Below, piece after piece: positions 7,994 through 17,465 of a stretch of DNA of 64,000 nt (its first letter is position 1; each line of letters starts with the position of its first letter). The notes under the pieces were generated by a model that was not told where the DNA came from, did not search any database, and was given only the letters and a program-made list of their open reading frames with translations. The position numbers and the translations under genes are program-made. Source of the stretch: a virus. Lineage: Duplodnaviria; Caudoviricetes. The stretch covers positions 1-64,000 of the IMG/VR virus record IMGVR_UViG_3300012665_000704; one strand, given 5' to 3'.

Positions 7994-8905
7994 TTATTCT
8001 TCGTAAACCATTGCCCCACCAGAGCCAGCACCTTGACGTGACCAACTTGGATTAAGACCATTGATTTCCAAAATGTCATCACGAATGTTTTGATTACGCT
8101 TTTCAGTATTTAGGACACGACAGAAACTATTTGTAATAGCTGCGGTGTAGTAAGCGAATGGGTTAGCTGATTTTGCTTCATTGAAACGTAACCCAACATA
8201 GGTAAGTTGAAGAATGGCACTGTTACGCATTTCATCATTGTAAGTATACCCACGCCAATTAAACTTCATTGCATATTTTTCACACATCATAATATACATA
8301 CGGGCAAGTTTATTTGTAATTTGTCCGTGATCTTTACTAAATGAACCATTTTCTAAATCACCGTGCCAATGACTTTTCCCTACGCAATAGAATGTATTGT
8401 TACTATCAATTTTGTAATGTTGGAATGGCGGGAAATTAACTTTGACATGAACCATATCGTCAACTTCTGCTTTAGTAGTTACATCTTCTAAGTCAGCAAA
8501 AATCTCATCTGGGTCAACTTCTTCAAATTCAAAGATATCTTTTGCTGTTTTCTTTTTAACTGTTTTGCGTGGTTGTTTCGGCGCAACCGGAACATGATCC
8601 CAAGTCATTACACGAAATACTAAATCAGTAATTGGTATACCTAAAGGATCAGTTGTTCCTTTAGGTAACTCTAATTCTATGTCTAATCTTAACGCTCTGG
8701 TTTCTCTTGCTTGCTGTATAGTCTCAGGTTTAAAAGCATATTCCAAACTATGTTCCATAGTATCTTGTGGCATATCTACGATGAAATCATATCTATGATA
8801 TTCAGGCTTTGAAAAATAGCAGTAAGTTGTTTTGCTTTCGTGTATCTCTTTTAAGATATCTTTGTTGTTTAAGTAATTGACGGGTTTTCTTGATGGTAAA
8901 CTCAT
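7994..8905 (-). CDS. gp55: Late-transcription sigma factor, T4 gp55-like, with a large insertion
   Basis: NYLNNKDIL N-terminus; NWRGYTYNDEM, RFNEAKSANPFAYYT and NSFCRVLNTEKRNQ match the gp55 core; adjacent to gp47/gp46. Confidence 0.85.
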   Translation of the reverse strand: MSLPSRKPVNYLNNKDILKEIHESKTTYCYFSKPEYHRYDFIVDMPQDTMEHSLEYAFKPETIQQARETRALRLDIELELPKGTTDPLGIPITDLVFRVMTWDHVPVAPKQPRKTVKKKTAKDIFEFEEVDPDEIFADLEDVTTKAEVDDMVHVKVNFPPFQHYKIDSNNTFYCVGKSHWHGDLENGSFSKDHGQITNKLARMYIMMCEKYAMKFNWRGYTYNDEMRNSAILQLTYVGLRFNEAKSANPFAYYTAAITNSFCRVLNTEKRNQNIRDDILEINGLNPSWSRQGAGSGGAMVYEE

Positions 8906-8932
8906 GGGGTCCTTGTTGTTATCATACTGGTC

Positions 8933-8962
8933 ATTTTAACACTTTTGTGTTAGAAAATGCAA
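8933..8962 (-). promoter_or_regulatory. Sigma70-like promoter for gp55
   Basis: TTGCAT, 18 nt spacer, TAAAAT with a TG extended -10; AAGGA RBS before ATG 8905. Confidence 0.55.
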
Positions 8963-8982
8963 TAGATTTTGGATGAAGTGGG

Positions 8983-9013
8983 TAAATATAGCACTTTTAT
9001 TTAGCGATAAATA
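8983..9013. promoter_or_regulatory. Cluster of late promoter motifs (+8983, -8998, +9008)
   Basis: TAAATA 8983-8988, TATTTA 8998-9003 and TAAATA 9008-9013 in the divergent intergenic region. Confidence 0.6.
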
Positions 9014-9035
9014 TAAGTAAGGATAACAAGATATT

Positions 9036-10463
9036 ATGGCATCACAATCTCAATTACTTGCTGATATTACTCTCGCTGAATTGGAAGTTGCAAGAATTCA
9101 AGAGCAACTAGCATCAGCAAGGCAGGGCACACCCACATTAGGTGGAAGAATTTTACCTCCTGATCCTGCAGAAATTGCTAACTTAGAAGCTAGTTTGGCT
9201 TTTGCTCAAATTAGCCTAACTGAGTTACAAAATGAATTATCACAATTAACTGTTGCTAGTTCGGGAGCAACACCGGCTATCCCGTCTATTGAAAATACTT
9301 TACCAGCAACAACTACGCTAGCCACCGACACAGTAGAACAGACTATTGATTTTTCACCTCTACAAGAACCTCCTACTACTACTGACGGGGATGAGTTTGC
9401 TGGTATAGATGAACAAATTCAAAGACAGAGAGATTTAGAAAATGGATCATTAGAATTTGCTGGAATAGATCAACAAATAGCCGCAAATGAAAATACACTA
9501 CAAGAACCGCCTCAACTGTCTAATGAAGAAGTAGATGCGTATCTTCAAAATTTCCAAAATGATGCTGATCAGTATTCTATTGACAAGGTTGAAAGTGAAA
9601 ATCCCGGAGCAACAACACGTGCGTTATCGGGACCGTTAGCAAAGACCCGAGGTGAGGCTACAAATCAAGATGCAAGTAATTTTCAACAAAAACAAGATTG
9701 GCGAGTAAGACTAAGTTTAGCTCCTGGATCAACTTATCTATATAATAATAAAGGTAATGAGGGAATACTATTACCGTTAGCACAAACTAATGGAGTTATA
9801 TTCCCGTACACACCTGCAATTTCTGTTGCATACACTGCTTCATATGATCCAACTGAGTTAACACACTCTAACTATAAATTTTTCTCTTATAGAGCCAGCT
9901 CAGTAGACAGTATATCAATTACATGTGATTTTACTGCACAGGATACTTTTGAAGCTAACTATTTGTTAGCAGTTATTCATTTCTTTAGATCAGTTACAAA
10001 AATGTTTTATGGACAAGATCAAAATCCCAAACCAGGAACACCTCCTCCGTTGTGTTATTTAACCGGGCTGGGTGCTTTTCAGTTTGATGCTCATCCATTA
10101 GCAATTACAGGTTTTACTTATAGTTTACCAACAGATGTTGACTATATACGTGCAGGTGTGCCGACTACCCAACCAGGTGTTAACAAAGGAGCCGCCTTCC
10201 CTACCACCGGATTACTTGGAGCTATTAATAGTAGGTTGCAAAGTTCTGGATTGTTTCCAGGAGCATTAGCAGCTCCGGTATACTTTACAGAAAATGCAGG
10301 AACAAGAGAACCTACATATGTTCCAACTAAGATTCAAATGGCAATAACAGCAATACCGATTGTAACAAGAAATGATATTAGTAACCAGTTTAGTTTAAAA
10401 GAATATGGAACTGGTAAGTTATTAAGAGGAAGTAGAAATCGCAACGGTGGAGGAATTTGGTAA
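9036..10463 (+). CDS. Baseplate tail-tube initiator/cap (gp48/gp54-like) with acidic N-terminal extension
   Basis: GVIFPYTPAI, ITCDFTAQ, PGTPPPLCYL, ITGFTYSLP and YVPTKIQM tube-fold motifs; precedes the gp53-like gene. Confidence 0.6.
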   Translation: MASQSQLLADITLAELEVARIQEQLASARQGTPTLGGRILPPDPAEIANLEASLAFAQISLTELQNELSQLTVASSGATPAIPSIENTLPATTTLATDTVEQTIDFSPLQEPPTTTDGDEFAGIDEQIQRQRDLENGSLEFAGIDQQIAANENTLQEPPQLSNEEVDAYLQNFQNDADQYSIDKVESENPGATTRALSGPLAKTRGEATNQDASNFQQKQDWRVRLSLAPGSTYLYNNKGNEGILLPLAQTNGVIFPYTPAISVAYTASYDPTELTHSNYKFFSYRASSVDSISITCDFTAQDTFEANYLLAVIHFFRSVTKMFYGQDQNPKPGTPPPLCYLTGLGAFQFDAHPLAITGFTYSLPTDVDYIRAGVPTTQPGVNKGAAFPTTGLLGAINSRLQSSGLFPGALAAPVYFTENAGTREPTYVPTKIQMAITAIPIVTRNDISNQFSLKEYGTGKLLRGSRNRNGGGIW

Positions 10464-10774
10464 TGGCAAGTAATAGTTTTTATCCGGCAACAAGCCCATA
10501 TTATAACACGGATGTAGTTAATAATAAATTTTTAGATGTTATGATAAACAGGTCTATACCTATGCAACCCTCAGATATATATTGGGAAATAACTCCGGTT
10601 TATGAATATAGACCTGATTTACTAGCATTTGACTTATATGCAAATAGTAGTTTATGGTGGGTGTTTGCAAGTAGAAATCCTAATAGATTAAAAGATCCTT
10701 ATTTTGATTTTGTTACGGGTGTGGGTATATATTTGCCCAAAGCAGAATTACTTAATCAATTATTGGGACTATAA
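10463..10774 (+). CDS. gp53: Baseplate wedge subunit, gp53/LysM-like
   Basis: YEYRPDLLAFDLYANSSLWWVFASRN...IYLPK; GGAGG RBS and TAATG coupling. Confidence 0.8.
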   Translation: MASNSFYPATSPYYNTDVVNNKFLDVMINRSIPMQPSDIYWEITPVYEYRPDLLAFDLYANSSLWWVFASRNPNRLKDPYFDFVTGVGIYLPKAELLNQLLGL

Positions 10775-13501
10775 ATGGCAGAAGTTAATGAATATGGCGA
10801 AGTGATTGAGACTTCGGATCCTAACGCTACTGCACAACAAAACAGGGAGTATATAGCATCAGGTGGAATAGATGATGATTCCGGCACTGTGCAACGATTC
10901 GATGACGGATCTAGTATACAAACATTTGATGATGGTTCTACTATTGTTATTGATAATGAAGGTGCAATTAGTTCTACTCCTATACCACCTGAATATAGTA
11001 ATGCAGGCACTACTCAAGCAGGAAAATCAGGCACCCGATCAGCTAGCAACAAAAGACCTAAACCAGGAAAGAGACTTCAAAATCCTTTAGGTAATTTTAG
11101 TAGTTATACGTATCAGATATCATTGTACATGATAACTCCCGAAGCATATAACACTTTTGTTCAATCAGGTAGAAAAAATATATCAGCCTTTCAAGGAGTA
11201 GACAATACTAGTAAAGGTGCATTTTTAATTGCACAAAGCGGAGGTATTAATAACTCTACTACCAAACGTGCTCCTGAGTTTGATTTAGATTTTTACATTG
11301 ATGATTTAAAAATAAAATCAGCAATCACCGGTAAAGAAACTTTAACAGCAACTAATATTGAAGAAATAAATTTTAATATATATGAACCTTATGGATTTTC
11401 TTTTTTAACTAGATTAAGAAGGGCATTAGACGCATTAAATCAATCACCGCCTAGTAATGCAAACGCCGCTAATGGGGTAGATGAAGAAGGTAGAAATGTT
11501 GGTATTGAAATTCGTGCGGAAGATGGTACACTTTCTCAATCACGCCGAAATCCTGAATCAGGAGAACTTTATAATCCGTCAGTTGAATCAACTACTGGAA
11601 CTCCTAATTCATCATCAGGAGGAAAAACTAGTCCATTTTCAGCACAATCACAAAACCCCTCACGCCAATTTTTTATATTAGGAATACGTTTTCAAGGATA
11701 TGATAGAAATGGTAATTTAATTAACTCAAAAGATCAATCGGGATATAATGCTGACCCTACAGGAAATGCAAATGGTGTGTACGAAAGATTTTTTGATATT
11801 AGGATTCAAGAATTAAAATTTAAAATTGATGGTAGAATGGTTGTATATCAATGTACTGCGGTTGTTCCTAAAGTCAGTGAAGCAATGGGAACAAAACGAG
11901 GAATTATTGATAATGGCGTAACCATTATAGGTGGAACAGTAAACGATGCATTTTTGGGGGAGACAGAAGGTAACATTGGAATGTTTACTAAATTAAACAA
12001 TGATCAAAAGAAGTTAAAAACACAAGGATCAATTAGTATACCCAATGAATTTACGGTTACATACTTAGGAAATACTGACATAACCGTTGGTGGTGCAAGT
12101 ATTGTTAGCCCTGCCGACCTTGACAAGTTAAAATGGAAAATGACAAATGCAAAAACAACTACTGAAGTTAATGTAAAAACAGAAGAAAAAAGTACAGTTG
12201 ACAATACTAAAAGACAAATTACTATTAGACGCGGCGTTCCTATATTACAAGCAATACAACAAATAATTTCACAAAGTTCTTTTTTAGAAGATGCTTTAAA
12301 CAAAGTTTATAATGCTGCCGAACAACCTGATCCTCAAGGCGGAGATGATGAAACTGTAAATTCAGATGAAAATACTATTTCTTGGTATAATGTAAGTCCT
12401 GAGATAACAATTTTAGGGTGGGATGATTTAACAGGTGATTATGCATACAGAATTAATTATGTTATACAACCTTATTCTACGCCAATAGTAAATACCCCGT
12501 ATGTAAAAAAGACTCCTAAATATTATGGTCCACATAAAAGATATGATTATTGGTTTACTGGAAAAAATAGTGAAGTATTAAAGTATGAACAAGTGTTAGA
12601 TAATGCATATTTTACAGTTGCGATTGATCCGGGAAATAGCAAGCAAGCATCTGGCGGAGAACAACAAGTTCCTACTATAGCAAACAAACAACAAAATCAA
12701 CCCAAACAAGGAGCATTGAATTTAGGTAGAGAAGCACAAAATTCATATATGACTAGTTTATTTGAACCGGGCGCATATGCCGAAGCCAAAGTTTCAATAT
12801 TAGGAGATCCTGATTTTTTAATGACCACTTCATCAAGCAGTGTGCAAGCAGTGTATGATAGATTTTATGGACCTGATGGTTATACTATTAATCCAAATGG
12901 TGGACAAGTTTTTGTTGAAATAAATTTTAAAGAACCGCAGGACTATAATAATAAAGATGGTTTATTAAGCATTAATGAATCTATATTGTTTTATCCTTAT
13001 CCTGATGAAATTAGAAAAGATATTGATTCTCGTGGCGGAGGAGTAAGTTATTTGGTAAAAGTAGTTACTAGTAGTTTTAAGGGTGGTAAATTTGAGCAAG
13101 ACCTTGAATTAGTAATTAATACGTTTGCGTCACTAACCAATACTCCTACAAATCCAGGTGCTCGACCTGCAACTACTGCTACTGACCCTGCTAATCAAAC
13201 AGCTGCCGTAGCAGCCAGAACAGGTTTTGTGCCAAATGCTACTGCTGGTGGTGGCCGTGGCGCCCGAGGAGGCCCAACAGCCGCAGAACTTGCTGCATAT
13301 CAAGTAAGCCAGGGAAAAGGTTTCCAACAATCACCACCTATAACTGATGCAACAGGTAATGTAACAGGTGGAGGAGCCGCATTTGGAAATCCAAATTTAA
13401 TACGACAAGCTAATAGAGCTAGAAATAATCAAGCACAACAAGGTACTATAACAATACCTACAAAAACTGGACAGGTGCAAGATGATGATAGTGGAATGTA
13501 A
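10775..13501 (+). CDS. Baseplate hub protein (gp27/Mu gp44-like) with low-complexity termini
   Basis: Sits between gp53 and gp5; NPLGNFSSYTY, AKVSILGDP and YLVKVVTSSFKGGKFEQDLEL resemble hub proteins. Confidence 0.6.
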   Translation: MAEVNEYGEVIETSDPNATAQQNREYIASGGIDDDSGTVQRFDDGSSIQTFDDGSTIVIDNEGAISSTPIPPEYSNAGTTQAGKSGTRSASNKRPKPGKRLQNPLGNFSSYTYQISLYMITPEAYNTFVQSGRKNISAFQGVDNTSKGAFLIAQSGGINNSTTKRAPEFDLDFYIDDLKIKSAITGKETLTATNIEEINFNIYEPYGFSFLTRLRRALDALNQSPPSNANAANGVDEEGRNVGIEIRAEDGTLSQSRRNPESGELYNPSVESTTGTPNSSSGGKTSPFSAQSQNPSRQFFILGIRFQGYDRNGNLINSKDQSGYNADPTGNANGVYERFFDIRIQELKFKIDGRMVVYQCTAVVPKVSEAMGTKRGIIDNGVTIIGGTVNDAFLGETEGNIGMFTKLNNDQKKLKTQGSISIPNEFTVTYLGNTDITVGGASIVSPADLDKLKWKMTNAKTTTEVNVKTEEKSTVDNTKRQITIRRGVPILQAIQQIISQSSFLEDALNKVYNAAEQPDPQGGDDETVNSDENTISWYNVSPEITILGWDDLTGDYAYRINYVIQPYSTPIVNTPYVKKTPKYYGPHKRYDYWFTGKNSEVLKYEQVLDNAYFTVAIDPGNSKQASGGEQQVPTIANKQQNQPKQGALNLGREAQNSYMTSLFEPGAYAEAKVSILGDPDFLMTTSSSSVQAVYDRFYGPDGYTINPNGGQVFVEINFKEPQDYNNKDGLLSINESILFYPYPDEIRKDIDSRGGGVSYLVKVVTSSFKGGKFEQDLELVINTFASLTNTPTNPGARPATTATDPANQTAAVAARTGFVPNATAGGGRGARGGPTAAELAAYQVSQGKGFQQSPPITDATGNVTGGGAAFGNPNLIRQANRARNNQAQQGTITIPTKTGQVQDDDSGM

Positions 13502-13521
13502 ATTTTAATTATTTTTAATAT

Positions 13522-16500
13522 ATGGACAATTATTTTAAACCAATAGGCACAACTAAAGAAAGCGAACCTGATGCAGGTGGCGGAGCAGTACGATCTGAAC
13601 CAGTATTAGCAATCGTTAAAAATAACATTGATCCTACAAGAGGAGGGAGATTACAAGTTTATATTTCAGACTTTGGAGCCCCTGATCCCGATGATAGTTC
13701 AAGTTGGGTTACTGTTGGTATGATGGTGCCCTTCTTTGGTTCTACTCAAGGCAGCGGTGGTTCAGAAGGCTACGGTAGTTACACACAAAATCCAAGTTCA
13801 TATGGTATGTGGTACAGCCCACCTGACATAGGAAGTACAGTAGTTTGTATTTTCATTAACGGTGACATGAGTTATGGTTATTACATTGGTGCAATACCTA
13901 AACCAGAAATATTACAAATGGTTCCTGCTATTGGTGCAACAGACAATGTTACATTAAATGAAGGTGAAGCAGAGAGTTACGGTGGCGCCACTGTACTTCC
14001 AGTCACTAATTTAAATACAGATAATTCAGCAATAGCAGATGGTGCAGAATTTTTAACTGAAGCAAAACCTGTACATAGTTATCTTGCGTCAATATATTCA
14101 CAGCAAGGTTTAATTCGTGATACTATTCGTGGTCCAATTACAAGTAGCGCCCAACGTGAAAGCCCATCACGTGTTGGATGGGGCGTAAGTACTCCGGGTA
14201 GACCTATCTTTGAAGGTGGATTTACTGATGAAAACATTGTTGATCAGTTAGGTGGAGATACACAAAGAGATCCGTCTAGTTTAAAAGTAATTTCTCGCCG
14301 AGGTGGTCACAGTATTGTTATGGATGACGGAGACATTACTGGACAAGATCAATTAGTACGAATAAGAACTGCATTAGGTCATCAAATTTTAATGAGTGAC
14401 AACGGACAATGCTTACACATTATACATAGTAACGGTCAAAGTTGGATTGAGTTAGGTAAAGAAGGTACAATAGATATGTACTCAACTAATTCAGTTAATA
14501 TAAGAACACAAGGTGATTTAAACTTACACGCAGATAACAATATTAATATCAATGCAAAAAAAGATTTAAACATTGCCGCAGATAACATAAAAATAACGTC
14601 AGAGAAAAATTTTAGTTTTAAAGCTGGTGCTAATTTTAACGGTTATGCTATGGGAACATACACTGTAAAAGTTAATGGTTCAATGAGTATGAATTCAGAA
14701 GGTGAGGGTTCGTATGCAAGTAGCGGAACAATGTATGTAAATGGTGCTGTAGTTAACTTAAACACCGGTTCAAGTTCAACTGTAGCGGCTGAAGTTCCAC
14801 CTATTCCTGTAGTTGCACATACTGATACGTTATTTGATAGTGTAAAAGGTTATGCAGCCGCCCCAGGAAAACTTTTAAGTATTGTTAGTAGAGCACCAGC
14901 ACATGCACCTTGGGCTAGTGCAGGACAAGGAGTAGATGTTAAAGTTTCTACTAATGCAAGTAGTGAATTACCAAAACCACCTAGTAGCGAAGTAGCACAA
15001 GCAAACAAAACAACAGCAGGACCTCCTAATAATCCAACAAGTCCTGCAGTGGCAGCTACTGTTCCCCCTAGTGCTGAAGTAAGTCCGGCTATTGATAAAA
15101 ATGTAACAGCCGCTATGGTAAGTGGGGTGTCATCACAAGCCGCCGCAACAGTACCTAATTTAAATAGTTTAGGTGCAACTACTGTAACAAATGCAACAGG
15201 ACAATTAACTGCCGCAGTAGGTTCTTTAGCACAGACCCCTGCACAATTAGAAATTAGTAATGTATTGAAACCTGGATCTTCTACATTGATTAATGGATTG
15301 ATTCAAGGTGGTGCTAATGTACAGTCTGCAATGACAAGCAACTTGTTTAAAGGCGCTCCGGGAGCACCAAACTTAAATTCTTTAGTTCAAAATACCACAG
15401 CACAAGTAACAAGTCAAGTTACTAACTTTACACAGGCACAAGCAGGTCTTACTAAAACAGGATTAATGACTGGCAAGGAAGCACCTGGACAAATTGCAGG
15501 AATTATTACTGCAGGTTCACAAATTGGATTGGGTGCTACAACAGCTTTTGTTAAAAATGCCGGCGCCGCACTAACAGCCGGAACAGGATCACTTGCAAGT
15601 GCTGTCTCTGGAGCGGGCAGTGCAATATCAGGTGCTATGTCAGCCGGTGGCTTCGCCGCAAATATGGCAACATCTATTTCAGGTGGATTAGGTTCTATCG
15701 CTACATCATTAGATGGCATGTCAAAGACAGCAAGTGCAGGTGTAAGTGGATTACTTGATAGTGCAAAAGGAATTTCCGGATCTGCATTTTCTGCAATTAC
15801 TGCATCGTTCAAAGCATTTACACCTGGCATACCGCAAAATTTAACAGCAATTGCTGAAAAGAATGCAAAAGCTGCCGCAGCATCAGAAGCATCTTCGGGT
15901 GCAAATGCAGGACAACAACTTGCTAATGCGATATCTAACGCACCTGCAGGTTTAGCCGCGGCAGCAGGTGGATTAGCAGGTGGATTAACAAATTCAGTTG
16001 GTGCAGTTAGAAATGCATTAGGTGGGAGTACTGGAACAATAAGCGGTGGTATTTCTTCTATTGCAGGTACCGCAGCCTCACTAACTAACTCAATATCATC
16101 TATCACTAGAGCAGCCGGTGTGACTTCGGTTACTTCTGCGTTAGGAACTGCATCTGCTATTAGTGGTACAATTTCAAGATTAACAGCTAGTGTTCCATCA
16201 AGTGTACCCGGTCTTGCAAGTGGAGTAAATTCTTTACCCGGCGGAGTTAATGCAATTTCTTCTGTTGTCAATAATGCTACCGGAGCACTTAATAATGTTC
16301 CTGGATTGAGTGGAGTATCCGCACTAGTAAAAAATACGTCATCTTCAATATTAAATGGTATATCAGGATCATCTACTTCATTGAGTTCGTTGGCAGGACC
16401 TTCTGCAGGATCATTGGGAGGTACAATTAATCAGTTAACTTCAAGTTTAGATGTTGCAGGACTTGCACAAAAAGTAGCAGCCGGAACATCATCGTTAACT

Positions 16501-16947
16501 TCTTTAGCTTCTACAGGATTATCTTCTGGTGCGGCTGCATCATTGGCGGCGGCATTTAATTCATTAAATTCAGGTGGATCGTTGCCTATAAAATTACCTA
16601 CAGTGGCTGCAAATACAACAGACAGAAGTGAATTAACTTCTCAAATTGCATCAGTACTTGGAAGTTCAAAGATACCTGCCCCAAATTTTAGTGGAGGCAT
16701 TTCAAGTGGTGCAAAATCTGAAATATCACGTTTAGATGATTTACTTAAACAACAACAAAAATTAGTAGTTGAAAAAGAAGAACAAAATAAAGTTGTTCAA
16801 ACTGCACGACAAGCGTTTCTTGAGGCAAAAAATAATCTTCCAGAAGGTGATCCGCAACTTGAAGAAGCAAAAGTCGCTTATATTACAGAAGTAGATAAAT
16901 TTTCTGCAATAACTAAAAAGATAAGAGATATAGCTAACCAAGCATAA
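13522..16947 (+). CDS. gp5: Central spike protein (gp5/VgrG-like) with a ~670 aa C-terminal extension
   Basis: OB-fold IVKNNIDPTRGGRLQVYI...PPDIGSTVVCIF; beta-helix region GHSIVMDD, RIRTALGHQILMSD, SWIELGKEG; RAPAHAPW; followed by gp25. Confidence 0.8.
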   Translation: MDNYFKPIGTTKESEPDAGGGAVRSEPVLAIVKNNIDPTRGGRLQVYISDFGAPDPDDSSSWVTVGMMVPFFGSTQGSGGSEGYGSYTQNPSSYGMWYSPPDIGSTVVCIFINGDMSYGYYIGAIPKPEILQMVPAIGATDNVTLNEGEAESYGGATVLPVTNLNTDNSAIADGAEFLTEAKPVHSYLASIYSQQGLIRDTIRGPITSSAQRESPSRVGWGVSTPGRPIFEGGFTDENIVDQLGGDTQRDPSSLKVISRRGGHSIVMDDGDITGQDQLVRIRTALGHQILMSDNGQCLHIIHSNGQSWIELGKEGTIDMYSTNSVNIRTQGDLNLHADNNININAKKDLNIAADNIKITSEKNFSFKAGANFNGYAMGTYTVKVNGSMSMNSEGEGSYASSGTMYVNGAVVNLNTGSSSTVAAEVPPIPVVAHTDTLFDSVKGYAAAPGKLLSIVSRAPAHAPWASAGQGVDVKVSTNASSELPKPPSSEVAQANKTTAGPPNNPTSPAVAATVPPSAEVSPAIDKNVTAAMVSGVSSQAAATVPNLNSLGATTVTNATGQLTAAVGSLAQTPAQLEISNVLKPGSSTLINGLIQGGANVQSAMTSNLFKGAPGAPNLNSLVQNTTAQVTSQVTNFTQAQAGLTKTGLMTGKEAPGQIAGIITAGSQIGLGATTAFVKNAGAALTAGTGSLASAVSGAGSAISGAMSAGGFAANMATSISGGLGSIATSLDGMSKTASAGVSGLLDSAKGISGSAFSAITASFKAFTPGIPQNLTAIAEKNAKAAAASEASSGANAGQQLANAISNAPAGLAAAAGGLAGGLTNSVGAVRNALGGSTGTISGGISSIAGTAASLTNSISSITRAAGVTSVTSALGTASAISGTISRLTASVPSSVPGLASGVNSLPGGVNAISSVVNNATGALNNVPGLSGVSALVKNTSSSILNGISGSSTSLSSLAGPSAGSLGGTINQLTSSLDVAGLAQKVAAGTSSLTSLASTGLSSGAAASLAAAFNSLNSGGSLPIKLPTVAANTTDRSELTSQIASVLGSSKIPAPNFSGGISSGAKSEISRLDDLLKQQQKLVVEKEEQNKVVQTARQAFLEAKNNLPEGDPQLEEAKVAYITEVDKFSAITKKIRDIANQA

Positions 16948-16960
16948 GACTAAATATATC

Positions 16961-17410
16961 ATGCCTACATATATCGGATTTAGTACAATCAACGCAAACA
17001 AACCAAGATCCACTGACCTAAATGCAGGGGCAGACGGAGGGACAGGTTCTATAACACAACCTGTAGTTTTTGGTAAAAAATTTAAAATTGTTGACACACA
17101 GTTAGTAATTCAAGATTTCTTAAATGCTTTGAATATACAACAAGGCGAAAAAGTAGGAAATCCGGGATATGGAACAACACTATGGAGTTTTGTATTTGAA
17201 CCAAATACAGCAGATGTACAGTTTCAATTAGAAAATGAAATACGTAGGGTTGCAAGTCTAGATCCCAGAATGATATTAAATTCCGTAAAGGCTTATCCAC
17301 AGGATAACGGAATATTAATTGAAGTTGAAATGGCTATTGCCCCATTCAATGATGCATTTCAACTGTCAGTTTTCTTTAATAACGCAACAAATACCGCAGT
17401 ATTGCAGTAA
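16961..17410 (+). CDS. gp25: Baseplate wedge subunit gp25
   Basis: QQGEKVGNPGYGTTLWSFVFEP...DPR; TAAATA at 16951-16956 just before the ATG. Confidence 0.88.
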   Translation: MPTYIGFSTINANKPRSTDLNAGADGGTGSITQPVVFGKKFKIVDTQLVIQDFLNALNIQQGEKVGNPGYGTTLWSFVFEPNTADVQFQLENEIRRVASLDPRMILNSVKAYPQDNGILIEVEMAIAPFNDAFQLSVFFNNATNTAVLQ

Positions 17411-17465
17411 CCCTAAAAATCCAGTGTTTTCAGGTATGATAAATACATGAAAGAGAACACGATCC

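Noticed and set aside
15414-16271. 285-aa minus-strand ORF
   Set aside because: Shadow of the Ala/Gly/Ser-rich gp5 extension, whose codon bias removes antisense stops.
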